A stretch of DNA of 64,000 nt, from the NCBI GenBank assembly GCA_951406725.2, contig OX597815.1, forward strand, positions 45,136,001 through 45,200,000, given 5' to 3'. Position 1 is the first letter of the stretch. The number at the start of each line of letters is the position of its first letter. The translations under genes were made by a program, and so were the position numbers. Shown piece after piece: positions 1 through 12,086 of this stretch. The stretch comes from Octopus vulgaris. Taxonomy: Eukaryota. A model generated the notes under the pieces. The model saw only the letters and a program-made list of their open reading frames with translations, had not been told where the DNA came from and did no database searches.

Positions 1-179
1 GTCAGCAGGGACCACTTGACTCGGCATCTTCCGGACATGCTTTTCTGTATGTATGTATGTGTAGGCATGTATGTGGGTGTATGCGTATATATATGCATGT
101 GTGCACATTTGTATGTATGTATGTACTCTGCATGTATGTGTGTATTTGTGTGTGTACCTCTGTTTATTCTTGAAAATCA

Positions 180-180
<1 letters not shown>

Positions 181-221
<41 letters not shown>
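181..221. repeat. (TTA)n microsatellite, 3' flank of R4/Dong-like element
   Basis: Direct TTA run abutting the element's 3' end. Confidence 0.95.
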
Positions 222-224
<3 letters not shown>

Positions 225-982
225 TAGTTTTATTTTTATTTTTATAGCGTGCTTTCACTTCACTACCGAGCGCAGCTCTGTGTGCCTTGGGTATGTGCTG
301 TGATTTGTTGTGATGCTCTGATGGTTATTGTATGGAAAGTGTTCTGCGTAGGATGTGTGCAGTGCCTAGTAGTGCAATTTTCTGTATGTTATATGTGTTT
401 GTAAGTCCTGGTGTTTTTGTTATGTATTTGTCTGAATATTTTTTTATCATGCCTAATGCACCTACTATGATAGGAATTGTTTCTGTTTTCAGATTCCACA
501 TTCTAGTTACCTCTATTTCCAGGTCTTTGTATTTTGAGAGTTTCTCCATTTCTTTTAGAGACACGTTGTCATCTGCCGGTACTGATACATCAATTAGAAA
601 GCATTTTTTTCTTCATGGTCTCTGACAACTATATCTGGTCTGTTGGCCTTAATTTCTCTATCTGTGTGTATCGGCATATCCCAGAGTATGGTTGCTTTCT
701 CGTTTTCTGTGACCTTTTCTGGTGTGTGCCTATACCATCTTTTTTCTGTTGTTATTCCATAATGTTGGCATAGCTTCCAATGTATGTAAGTTCCAACTCT
801 GTCATGTCTGTGAATATATTCCTTCTTAGCCAGGACTGGGCAGCTAGAGATAATATGATTTATTGTTTCTTGTCCATCTCCACATATTCTGCAGTTACTT
901 GTAATATTTCTTTTCATTACATGTTTTTGGTAATTTCTGGTGGGGAGGCTTTGGTCTTGTGCTGCAATTAAAAATCCCTCTG

Positions 983-983
<1 letters not shown>
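222..983 (-). mobile_element. 5'-truncated R4/Dong-clade RLE non-LTR retrotransposon (family 1), frameshifted
   Basis: Minus strand reads TEGFLIAAQDQSLPTRNY, CCHC knuckle CRICGDGQETINHIISSC, RHD motif, ILWD...NRPDIVV (PD-(D/E)xK endonuclease), EKLSKYKDL, PIIVGALG, QKIALLGTAHILRR. Flanked by (TAA)n on both sides. Confidence 0.9.

Positions 984-1058
<75 letters not shown>
984..1058. repeat. (TTA)n microsatellite between two R4-like elements
   Basis: Direct TTA run. Confidence 0.95.
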
Positions 1059-1059
<1 letters not shown>

Positions 1060-1990
1060 GCGATGAAAACTCACAGCTTAATTTACTAGGTATGATGGAA
1101 AGTGTCAGCGGTCCACAGCTAGCAGACCAATGTGCCACTTGTTAATTGGTCATGCTTCAAGAACCCTGCGAAGAATTCTTGCAGTTCCAAGGAATGCTGA
1201 TTTTTGTAGGTGTTCTACCTTCACACTTGCACCAATCTTTTTTAGCCATGTTGGTAGTTGAGTACTGATACTTTCAAGTGCACCAATTGCTATTGGTATT
1301 ATGTCTACTCTCCTCATTGACCACAACCTTTGTATTTCCCACTTCAAATCGTCATAGTTGTCTATTTTCTTCTTCTTTCACATTTATCCTGTTGTGACCG
1401 GGGTACGCTATATCGATTAGCATGCAAGTTCTTTCTTTTTCATTCAATACAACAATGCCCGGTTTCCGAAGTGTGTAGTCGGGTGATCGCACTGGATCAT
1501 TGTATCCCACAGGATTTTGCAATTCTCATTCTCGGTGACTCCTTCAGGAGTTTTCTCATACCACGTCTTTGCTCTTAGTAGGTCGTGATGTCCACAGAGC
1601 CCTCAATGGATCATTTTTTCCACATTATCATGACGTCTTTTATATTCGCGTTGTGCTAATTTCAGGCACTCTCTAACGATGTATCATACCATTTCATCCC
1701 TCTCACCACACATTCTGTATTTGTCGCTGTCGGTAGTGTTGTCTATTCTACACTTCACATAGTTGGTCCTTAACGCTTGTTCTTGAGTTGCGCGTATGAG
1801 TGCTTCTGTATCTTCAGGTAATTCCTCCTCATCCATATCCACCGGTCTTCGCGTTCACATCTCTTGCAAACTGACCATGCATTTTCAATTTTGATGACGT
1901 CGGCCTTCTTCGTATGTTTCAACCATAGCACAACATTAACGGGAGGCAAGGAATTGGTCTGTAACTGTCAGCAGTATTTCCCTTTGAGTA
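1059..1990 (-). mobile_element. Decayed R4/Dong-clade RLE retrotransposon (family 2) with internal RT deletion
   Basis: Minus strand: KGNTADSYRPIPCLPLM (RT motif 1) joined almost directly to KMHGQF, TEALIRATQEQALRTN, YRMCGERDE...REC, KRRHDNV, KILWD, WEIQRLW, PIAIGAL, LQKSAFLGTARILRRVL. Several stops and frameshifts. Confidence 0.85.
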
Positions 1991-2867
1991 CAGCCTACTC
2001 GGAGCATTGGTTATTTGAAGGTGCTAGATACTCGTCTTTTCCCACTCTTCTCTTGTTGGTTGGGTGGAGGAGTTGGGCTTGAATGTCAGGAGACCGGTGT
2101 TGCGCAGGCCATTGGGTATTTTATGTGATGGACTCTCAACACCACTCATAAGAGAGAAAGAAAAGAGAGAGAGAGAATACATAAATAAAAAGAAAAGAAA
2201 GGAAGATCAACTAGGGAGAGGATGAAGACATTTAACACAGCAGGTTCAGTATAATCCATTCAGATCGACAACGAGAGTAGGACTGCTCAGGAGTGATTGT
2301 CAAAATGGAAGTGAGGTAGATATTGGATATGAGAGAAGATGGTAGAGGGGGTGGGTAGGGCGGTCGCATCACCGCCAAGAAAAAGTGCCTACTGCACAAA
2401 CAGGAAAAGATTCAGTCGAGAACTAAAGTTGCAGAGATATGTTATGTATTTTAAAGATATTTCTTTGTAATATATATTAGGATCATAGCTCACGGAGTTT
2501 TGACTGGGACTCCCTTGATTGTAAACAAACAGACGTCCAGCGTGGTTCTAGTAGCATATAAAAATTGTACTTTGCAGAGAGGGAGAGGCAGATAGATAGA
2601 TAGAGAGATAGAGAGATAGAGAGAGAGAGGAGAGGAGGAGGACGGAGAGAGAAGAAGAGAGAGAGCGAGGAATGAATTAGAGAGGGGAGAATGAGAATTT
2701 ACCTCGTGAGATAAAAGTTACTTTCGAGAAATTAATTAAATTTGAGGACGTGACAATTAAGTTCACTTCTACATTGAATTTGTAAAAAAAAAGGGAGTGT
2801 TACCTTAGTTCACTGGTAGTGAACAGCGACACCGTAGTACATCTCCAGTGTTAGAATCTACGCAAAG

Positions 2868-2878
2868 ACAATAATAAT

Positions 2879-2917
<39 letters not shown>

Positions 2918-2918
2918 A
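2868..2918. repeat. (CAA)n/(TAA)n microsatellite
   Basis: Direct repeat run. Confidence 0.9.
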
Positions 2919-3475
2919 ACTTGCCCTGATGCAGTACCAGACAGTGGCTCTTATTTGACTAATTAGAAGTTTTAACATGTACATTGTTTTGTCTTGGTAT
3001 AAAAGATGGGCTACAGCAAATATTCTGCTCAATACCACAGATTTGCTTGTCAGTTGTTTGACCTTAACCAGTTGAACATGTTCATTAGTGGCTGACGATA
3101 TGTGCTTCTCTGATAACGAGAAGAAGTATTGGGAGAGCATCATAGCCATGTGTTGAAAGGAATTCTTGGAGGTTTGGATAATTCACCTTTGGAAACATGG
3201 GTGGTTCGTTCAATATCCTTAAACAATCCTTATTCAGGGAACTTTTGAGTGGGATGGGCTAGTCGACCAGAAGAAAATTCTAACTGGGCTCCACCTGCAA
3301 GGTCATGCGCTGTTTATCTTGATATGAGATCACCATGTCACGCACATATGCTTGTAATGCATGTGCCTGGTGTACCCTTATCATACGGGTAGTCATGATG
3401 GGTATACTGGGATTCGTATATTTTACCCCAGTGTCACTTTAATGACTGCACTGCTCTCTCTCTCATTTTTTATAA
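2919..3475 (+). mobile_element. ~560-bp non-coding interspersed repeat between (CAA/TAA)n tracts (putative non-autonomous retroposon)
   Basis: More GC-rich block bounded by (CAA)n/TAA and ATAACAATAACAATA. No supportable ORF. Resembles an abundant octopus repeat I recognise (not verified). Confidence 0.5.
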
Positions 3476-3489
3476 CAATAACAATATTA

Positions 3490-4430
3490 ATAGATGGTGT
3501 CACAATAAAAACACTGGTAATTGCGCAACCTGAAAATCGCTACCTCATATGAGTGACAAGGAAAAAAAATATTGTGAATAACGGTGGTAGCGAAACTGAA
3601 GGCAATGATGGTGACAGTGTTACACTCGGTAGGCTCAGAGAGTCTGGTCCAGCTCCAGCCTGTTGATATCCAGAAAGGGACCACCACACACAGCGTAGAT
3701 GGAGCAAGCAAATTAATGCTGTGGTCATGGAGTGTTAGTACCTGAACAGCCCGGTAGATGAAAATGGTGCTCAAATTAGGGGTTACCGACAACGTATGTA
3801 TGATCATTGGAGAGAAAAGGAATTGTTTCAACTCACGGAATAGAGACTGTGATCAAGCTAGAGCAATAAGAAAAAAATGTTTGTTCGAAGAAGTAGAGCT
3901 GAAAGCTATCAAAAATGGGTCATGGAAAATAGCAGCAGAGATAACAATGAAAATACAGTTCTTACTAATAAGAGTAATCCCAAAGCACAGGAAAGGAGCA
4001 GTGGTAGTTTACTTGATGAGAGACATATACATGATCTAAAAGAAGACAATAAATCTAATGGCGACATGACAGATGAACAAAAGGCAATCTACGACAAAAT
4101 AAAGGTAAGACTACTGGAGAACGATAGCGACATTGTTTGCAACCTTAAAAAGGTTGAACGATGGAAATTGAACCAAGAAACAAAAAATGTCAATGAAATT
4201 CTGAAATACATTAGAACAAACAACATCACAGAAACAAATAATTTGATCAAGGCAACAAGCATTTTTGTAGCAGAAAACGTGGGTCAAGAAAAAGAAACAT
4301 AATGGGAGTGGCAAAAGAAAAGATCCATGGTGGAAAAGAAGAATCCAAGCAGGGTTAGACATGCTCTCGAAGGAAATCTCTGTGTTAGACTGAAAAGAGA
4401 AAGGGGAGCTTAAAAGCGAACAAAAATACA
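3490..4430 (+). mobile_element. N-terminal fragment of an R4/Dong-type ORF (pseudogenised)
   Basis: RRWSKQINAVVMEC*Y, RGYRQRMYDHWREK, CDQARAIRKK, VNEILKYIRTNNITETNNLIKA, KDPWWKRRIQ: motifs typical of the region upstream of RT in R4-clade elements. Confidence 0.75.
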
Positions 4431-4452
4431 CACATGCATTCATATATATGCA

Positions 4453-4752
4453 TGTAGCTGCTTTGTGGTTTGCAGACCGCTTTTCTTCGCAAATATTATT
4501 CAGAGAAATTCCATGATGCTTCTCGAATCTTTGAAGTCATCCTTCCCAATAAGTACATGTTCTAATTTGAATTCTTTATGAAACAACTTAGCTTGTTCCA
4601 TTATCATATCTGATAAGTTCACCTCGTAGCTCCGTCATTGTCGAAACCATTCCATCATCATTCGACCATGATCAGTATTCTTTCTATTTTGTATAATTTT
4701 CTAGTGGTCATTTGCCTTTTCGAACCATTCTGTCCCCTTGCTGCTTAGCATC
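4453..4752 (-). mobile_element. pogo/Tigger (CENP-B/jerky-like HTH) transposase fragment
   Basis: Minus strand: MMEWFRQ*RSYEVNLSDMIMEQAKLFHKEFKLE / EG*LQRFEKHHGISLNNICEEKRSANHKAA, matching the CENP-B-type DNA-binding domain. Confidence 0.75.
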
Positions 4753-5109
4753 ATAAATAGTAGATGAACCATAGATATCACATAGCCTATATACCGAAAC
4801 ACCATGGTTAATCGTTTTTAGCAGTTATATATTTATTTTCGATCGATAAGGATTTATGTTTATATTTGACACTAATAGTCCTTTTACCTGTAGTAGCCAT
4901 AGCTATGGGTTACTTTATGCTAAATAAGCAGAGGTCACTTAAAATGTTGGTATCGACTCTAATAAGTGTAGTGTGAATAATGCATATAAACACACCGTAT
5001 ATACAACGCCCCCGGTGGTCACGCATTGAGCTAGACTGGATTTCAAGTTCCTCCTCGTAATTTATCAATATTAAAAGAGGTGTCAGACCATCAGTAGTCA
5101 AAAAATTGA

Positions 5110-5960
5110 GGGCGGTAGGTTGACGTAATTGTTAGAGTATCGAGAAAAGTGTGCTTCGTGACATTCATTCTGGGACTTTACGTTCTGTGTTCAAATCCCG
5201 CAGATGTTACTTTTGACTTTCTTTTTTCCAGGGTCGATAACATAAAGTACCAGTAAAGTACTGTGGTAGATATAGTCGAGGAACCGCCACCTCCTAAAAT
5301 GTCTGGCCTTATGTTAAAATTTCATGCAGTTATTTGAAGACCAATAGCTGGCAGATTCGTTAGACCGTCGGATTAAATGTTTGGCGGTATTTCTTCCGAC
5401 TTATTACATCCAGAGTTCGAATTCCATTGCAGCCAACTTTGCCATTCACTCTTCCAAAGTTAATAAAATATATTACCAGTCAAGTACTAAGATCGATCGT
5501 ATTGACTCACCTCAGAAATTTCTGCCCTTGTGCCAAAATTTGAAGCAATTATTACTTTTAAAGGTAGACAGCTGTCAGAATCGTTAGTGTCGGAATAACC
5601 CTTGTGGTATTTTTCCCGCTCTTTACGTACAGAGACAATTTTTTGCCTTTCGCTTTTTCAAGATGGATAAAATAAACTATCTCTTCAAAACTGCTGAATT
5701 GCTGGCCTTGTGTTTAGGTGAAAAACTATAATTAATACGAATGATGGGTTTGTTGGCAGAATCGTTAGAATGCCGGCGAGGATATCTTGCAGTATTTATT
5801 CCGGCCTTTTACTCTCTGGCTTCAAATCTTCCTGAGGTCAACTTTGTCTTTCATCCTTTCGTGGTCGATAAAATAAAGTACCACTCAAAATCTGTAGCCT
5901 TTCATTCATTAATACTAGATAAAGTACCTACAGAGTACCAGGATAAATAAGATCAACTTA
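5110..5960 (+). mobile_element. Four head-to-tail decayed copies of tRNA-derived SINE family A
   Basis: Repeated GGCAGAATCGTTAG...TTCAAAT...TTTCATCCTTTC..GGTCGATAAA..AAGTACC motif at about 5110, 5345, 5565 and 5745. Same family as the copy at 10657. Confidence 0.7.
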
Positions 5961-6699
5961 GCTCCTCACTAAAATTTACGATTTTCGTCGTCGTCGTCGT
6001 ATAGTAGTAGTAGTAGTAGTTTCACCTGGAAATACTTTAGTAGAGAAACAAGTGTCATACCTTCACACAAACAGGAGCCAAGAACAAAAAAGTGAAAGCC
6101 TCTGAAGCCACGCTAACGTACATACGAATAGAAATTTGCATTGAACATTATATTAGTAACGTATGCTACACAACATACACAACATAAAACTCACATCTAA
6201 CTGTTTAAATTCGAGCTGTGGGTCAGGTGTAAAATAGAAATGGTCATACGGCATCATTTGATAAAATAGATCAGACTTCCGATGCATTGTTATGGAAGCA
6301 GTTGCAATCCAGGTGTGTTTGCTCATAGCAATGGAATTTCTCACGCTTTCTTTATTCATTCTGATCTGTCTTTGCCCTGAATCGGAACAGTGTGGGTTAA
6401 TTGCGAATCAAACAATCTTTACCTGTTTCATTTTTCTTTCAGTGTGTGTGTGTGTGTGTTTTGTTCTTTGCTTTCATTTTTTTTTTTTTTACGATGTGCT
6501 TACTTTTGACTGCTGATGATAGTTATGGAGATGAAGTCATTATGTAGGACACAGATGACGGGAGTAAAGCTGCGTAGACACTATCTGCTGCAGGTGTACG
6601 TAGCACGGCTACAAGCATATTTGCTATTTTGTATATATACATATCTGCACACACACGCGCGCGCACCCATACACGTACATCTACACACGCACGGACTGA

Positions 6700-6751
6700 C
6701 ATGCATACATATTCATGCATGTATGTATCTATGTATATACATACATGCACG

Positions 6752-6795
<44 letters not shown>

Positions 6796-6880
6796 CATAC
6801 ATTTATGAATGTATATATGTAAATATACATTTAAGAATACATATATATATATACATACATACATGTATACATGCGTTCGG

Positions 6881-6912
<32 letters not shown>

Positions 6913-7086
6913 GCAGATATATATATATTTGCGATGATATATATATATATATACATACATACATTTATGAATGTATATATGTAAATATACATTTAAGAAT
7001 ACATATATATATACATACATACATGTATACATGCGTTCGGATATGTATATATATATATATATATGCAGATATATATATATTTGCGA

Positions 7087-7170
<84 letters not shown>

Positions 7171-7250
7171 GTGTGCGTACATATATGTATACGTGTATAC
7201 ATACATGTCTACACACATGCACACACGCACACATACATAGTATAAATTAA
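6700..7250. repeat. Compound (TA)n/(TACA)n tract with an internal ~160-bp tandem duplication
   Basis: CATTTATGAATG...TTAAGAATAC...ATGCGTTCGGATATG...GCAGAT...TTTGCGATGAT occurs twice (~6790-6945, ~6950-7090). Confidence 0.9.
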
Positions 7251-7435
7251 TAGGAGATGGATTTCGTATTAGACCATTATTAGGTACAGCATATGTGGCG
7301 ACACATCCCTTCAGGTACATTGATAAAGATGTCTCACTACATATTTTTAATGTCGGCTGGCAAAAGTTAGCCTAAAATGAGACAACAAAGTCAAGGCAGT
7401 GTGAAATTTCTAGGACATTAATAATGCGTAAGGTA

Positions 7436-7483
7436 GCCTTACAGTTGTTTCAGGGAAATAAAAAATATCGCATCATCAGAGAC
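7436..7483 (-). ncRNA. Type I hammerhead ribozyme motif (decayed stem II)
   Basis: Minus: GUCU-CUGAUGA-[stem II degenerate]-GAAA-CAACUG-UA-AGGC. Stem I GUCU/AGGC. Confidence 0.6.
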
Positions 7484-7617
7484 GATATGCGAGAGTTAAA
7501 TAGAAGGAAATAGTAGAGTCCTATAGACAAAAGTTATTTTGGAAAGGGGAAGATATAAGAAGTATACAAAGTAATATGAGAATAAAAAATGTTGATGTTA
7601 AAGTTGTTGTTCCATAA

Positions 7618-7673
<56 letters not shown>

Positions 7674-7696
7674 ATATATATATATATATATTACAC

Positions 7697-7742
<46 letters not shown>

Positions 7743-7785
7743 GATAGATAGGTAGATATACGTACATATATATAAACGTGTGTTT

Positions 7786-7832
<47 letters not shown>

Positions 7833-7836
7833 GCAC

Positions 7837-7886
<50 letters not shown>

Positions 7887-7892
7887 CACATA

Positions 7893-7938
<46 letters not shown>

Positions 7939-7976
7939 TACATACACACACACACACACATACACATATATATATT

Positions 7977-8056
<80 letters not shown>

Positions 8057-8070
8057 TATATATATATAAT
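7618..8070. repeat. Compound (TATC)n/(GA)n/(TA)n/(CA)n microsatellite
   Basis: Direct. Confidence 0.95.
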
Positions 8071-8609
8071 GCCTTTGTAGATCGTTCGGAGACGTCTCCG
8101 AAGTCTGTATATTTGTATCAGTTTCTGCCTGGCTTTAAGTAACGATATATAATAAGCAGGTTTGAAAGAAAAAGAGAAGGCAAGTCATTTGTAATTTCCT
8201 TCGGCTTGAAATAAACCGCATTGATTGTTACAACTTCTGTGACGGTCTCGAAAGATCGTAAGTAACGTGTCTACACCTGAGATTAACGTATACAAACAGA
8301 GAAATAAAAAAGACTTCTAAGGCTTGTCTTTTATCAGGTCGTTCCTGTTGTAGCTCGATACGTAACTTTCCCTGTATATATGAAACGTCAATCAATCATA
8401 AGTTATAACATAAATAGTTATACATTTGTTCTGTATTTACATTTTTGTTTCAGCAACCAGTTTTTGTATTCACATCAAAGATTTTCGTCAAAGCGTATGC
8501 AAATATTTTGAGGGAAGGGTCTTTTTTTGTCGTTTATGATAAATAGCGATTTTTGCTTGTGGTACACTAGGATTTTATAAGGAATATATATATATTGTGT
8601 GTGTGTGTA

Positions 8610-9180
8610 TTGGGTCGGCAACTAAGTAAGTTTCCGCCGTATTTTAAATTTAATTTTTTAAAAAGGTTTAATAAAAAATAACAACTAATTAATCAATAAT
8701 GTATTCACCTTTGTTGTTAACAACTTCTTCCCAACGTTCAACACGATTTTCAATACCTCGTTGGTAGAAATCATCCGATTTCGACTCGAAATATTGATCC
8801 AACCAAGCTCTAAATTCTGCATCAGTATTGAACGAAACTCCGCGCATAGCATTTGAAAGAGATCGAAAGAGGTGGAAATTCGTTGGTGCCAAATCAGGAG
8901 AGTACGGCGGGTGTAGCAGCACTTCTCAGTCATGCGTTTGAATGGATTCTTTGGTCATATTGGCGATATGAGGGCGGGCGTTGTCGTATAGCAGAAGAAC
9001 TCCACCCTGCCGACTAGGTCTTTCCGCTTGAATAGCTGTGTTGAGTCGTTCCATCTGTTGACCGTTTGGTTCCACGTTGATCGTTTGGTTCCGTTCAAGC
9101 AATTCGTAATGGATAATCCCTTCCCAGTCCCACCATACGCACAGCATCGTTTTACACGGATGAAGATTTTGTTTCCCGCG
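8610..9180 (-). mobile_element. mariner (DD34D) transposon, 3' half with TIR
   Basis: KTMLCVWWDWEGIIHYELL...LYDNARPH...HPPYSPDLAPTNFHLFRSL...GEYIID*. TA + TTGGGTCGGCAACTAAG terminus at 8608. Confidence 0.9.
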
Positions 9181-9848
9181 CAATAGTGATTAGTTATGAG
9201 AAATGGGTTCGCTATAAAAATGTCAAGTACCGAAGGCAGTGGGTAGGGAAAGGAGAAACACCGGTACCCCAGGCTGAAGAAGGCCTTCACCCACGTATGG
9301 TGTTGCAATCTGTTTGGTAGGTTATGAAATGTTTTGTCTGCTTTGAATTTTAAAATCCAAACCAAACGATAACAAAGGGGATCTACTACGAACTGCTTGA
9401 GCGGCTGAAGTGTGCACTAGAAGAAAAACGACCATCTTAATTACAAAGCGAAAAGTATTCTTCGATAAGGATAAAACTCGACCACATACATCGAGGATGA
9501 CATTCCAAAGGCTGGAGCAGTTTGAATGGGAAACGATGCCGCACCCACCATATTCGCCGGATATTGCCGGATATTACCCCATCTGATTATCATTTACTCC
9601 GCAGTCTTCAAAATCATTTGGACGGAAAAAATATGAATTCGAAAGACGAGGTGATAACAGTACTGGAGAACTATTTTTCGTCACGGACAAGTGAATTTTG
9701 GAAGAAGGGCCTTGCAAGTCTATTAGATACATGGCTGAGCATTGTAGAAAATGAAGGAGAGTATATTTTAGATTAAAAAAAGAACTTTGTCTATCTTAAT
9801 TTTGCGAAATAAAAGAAGTATAAAAAACTGCAAAATTTATGGGATCAC
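9181..9848 (+). mobile_element. Second mariner (different subfamily), 3' half with TIR
   Basis: IVISYEKWVRYKN (D1 region), DKTRPH, WETMPHPPYSP..PSDYHLLRSLQNHL...GEYILD*. TIR-like AAAACTGCAAAATTTATGGGATCAC. Confidence 0.85.
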
Positions 9849-10656
9849 ACACGCACACACATTCCGACGAATAAAAAATATTACACACGTGTGCTTACAT
9901 TTATCTTATTCATCACTTAACACAAATTATCTTCTCTAAATGTACACTTGTATATTTTTAAAGGATAATTTGAAAAGAAAACAAGGTTATCCAAATGCTG
10001 TCCTATTGTATTGACTAGTGACATGTTTGGACAATAGATTACAGTCATTAGTATTATTATGACTGGAGCGAATACATGAAACTATTGCATAGCATTTGTG
10101 CGTTTGTATTCATATTGTAATCATTTTATCCTTTTGACATTTGCCATGTGTGTGTGCGTGTGTGTGTATTTATGCATGCATTTGTATGTGTATATATGTA
10201 TACAACCTTGAAGTACATGTGTGTGTGTGTGTTGTTTTATTCCTATTTTGGTAATGACAAAAATGTATTATTAAAAATACACACAGACTCATTCATACAT
10301 ATGTATGTGTTACGAAGAAGAAGACGTCGAAATCTGTTGCTATTTTTGATATGTAAAATTTTATCCTTTCTCGTAAACAAAAATCAAATGTGGTTACGAC
10401 GAATGACAAAACGTCGTGAGAGTTTGAATGTTGTTGTTCCTGGTATAATTGTAGTAGTAGTCAAAAAGTTAGCTGCTGGTCAGTGAGTTGCTGTAGCCTA
10501 TCGTTCATTGTGGTTGTTGTCAGCACAGGTCAGTTGCTGTCAGTTAAAATGGTTCTGTTCCAAGTCTTTGACGAGGTTTGCTCGATCAGATCTTCTGAAA
10601 TACGTAGGAGGTCATCAAGAGGGGTGCCTTAGCGACCCACAAGGTAGTATTTACTT

Positions 10657-10889
10657 GGCGAGTTGGCAGAAACGTTAGCGTACCGAGCGAAATGCTTAGC
10701 GGTATTTCGTCTGCCATTACGTTCTAAGTTCAAATTCCGCCGAGGTCGACTTTGCCTTTCATCCTTTCGGGGTCGATAAATTAAGTACCAGTTACGCACT
10801 GGAGTCGATATAATCGACTTAATCCGTGTGTATGTCCTTGTTTGTCCTCTCTGTGTTTAGACTCTTGTGGGTAGTAAAGAAATAGGTAT
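10657..10889 (+). mobile_element. tRNA-derived SINE family A, near full length
   Basis: A-box-like TGGCAGAAACGTTAG and B-box-like AGTTCAAATTCC, central GTCGACTTTGCCTTTCATCCTTTCGGGGTCGATAAA. Many paralogs in the window. Confidence 0.85.
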
Positions 10890-11868
10890 ATTTCTGCTGT
10901 TTTTAACAACTGCTGTCTCGGTGATGTCATACGGTACTCAGACGCTATCTGCACTGATCTGAAGCTTGTTTCTCACTCTTTTCTTCTGAGATAGCCTTTC
11001 AATATCACTGTTTCAGTGAGATTTTGCCGTTGATGGCAGGTTCTCCCATGTTTTAATATCTATGGTTTCGATTTCCTCTGTAGATATTTGTGATACTCTG
11101 CTAATGCATTGTGGTATATTGTGCTTGTAGTATGAGTTCCAACTGATATGCTTTTTGTAGACTAGCATAATGTGCATTGATTATCCATCTTTGTTCTTAG
11201 CACATTTGTATGATATATTTTCATCATTATCTAACTATTAGATAATGTTATGGAGAAAGGGTGCTCGGGATTAATTTTTCCATATTTAATTGTTATCTTT
11301 ATATCAGCGGAAATTGTGACTAAACCTCTTCTCTTTTCCAGCATTGTAAATATGTTGAACATAAATATTTGGATCATCCACAATGAAATTATGGGTTACA
11401 TTAGTGTATTTTCCTGCAAAAAGAAATTTCAGTGGATTTAGATACAAATTTGATAGAAGCACGTGTAAACTCTCATCTTGGATGTAGAATCGGAAATTAT
11501 GATTCAAGTTATTAGTCACAAATGTGAGGATTGTAGATCAGGTCCTTATGAACTTTTCGCTGGCAGCTGATACATTTGCCTGCTGGAATAACTTCAGAAT
11601 ATATGGTGTATATTTGTATACTAGTTATAGAATAAGGTGCCATTGTTTTTAAAATGTAATGATTAAAGTACTGAATCGCATAAAGTACTAAATGACATAT
11701 AGACATAAATTCATAGCGGTAAAATACATGTGAAAAGAAAGTGGAGTTAACGATTCTGTAGGCATGTCAGAAAAGAATTATTGGAGCAACTTATTTGTTT
11801 GATAAATAGCACAGTTGATCAAACGAATATAAAAAAAAATGAAAGTATAACAAAAGTTTCCAACAATA

Positions 11869-12086
11869 TTCTTTTCTGCTCTAGGCACAAGGCCCGAGAT
11901 TTTTGGCGAGTATGGAGCAGTCGATTAAATCGACCCCAGTACGCAACTGGTACTTAATTTACCGATACCGAAGGGATGAAAGGCAACGTCGACCTCGGCG
12001 GAATTTAAACTCAGAATGTAAAGGCAGACGAAATACCGCTAAGCATTTCGCCCAGCGTGCTAACGTTTCTGTCAGCTCACCGCCTT
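11869..12086 (-). mobile_element. SINE family A copy
   Basis: Reverse complement of the 10657 element head and body. Confidence 0.85.

Noticed and set aside
6516-8142. Long ORFs rich in YI/HT/CV dipeptides (also at ~37.2-39.5 kb, 44.6 kb, 50.8 kb, 55.4 kb, 62-64 kb)
   Set aside because: Translations of (TA)n, (CA)n and (TACA)n microsatellites, open in several frames on both strands.
8226-8266. CTGTGA...GAAAGATCGTA hammerhead-like string
   Set aside because: Core has a deletion and stem II does not pair; too decayed to call.
10440-11170. Possible old RTE-like LINE 3' end interrupted by the SINE at 10657
   Set aside because: No diagnostic motif could be read.
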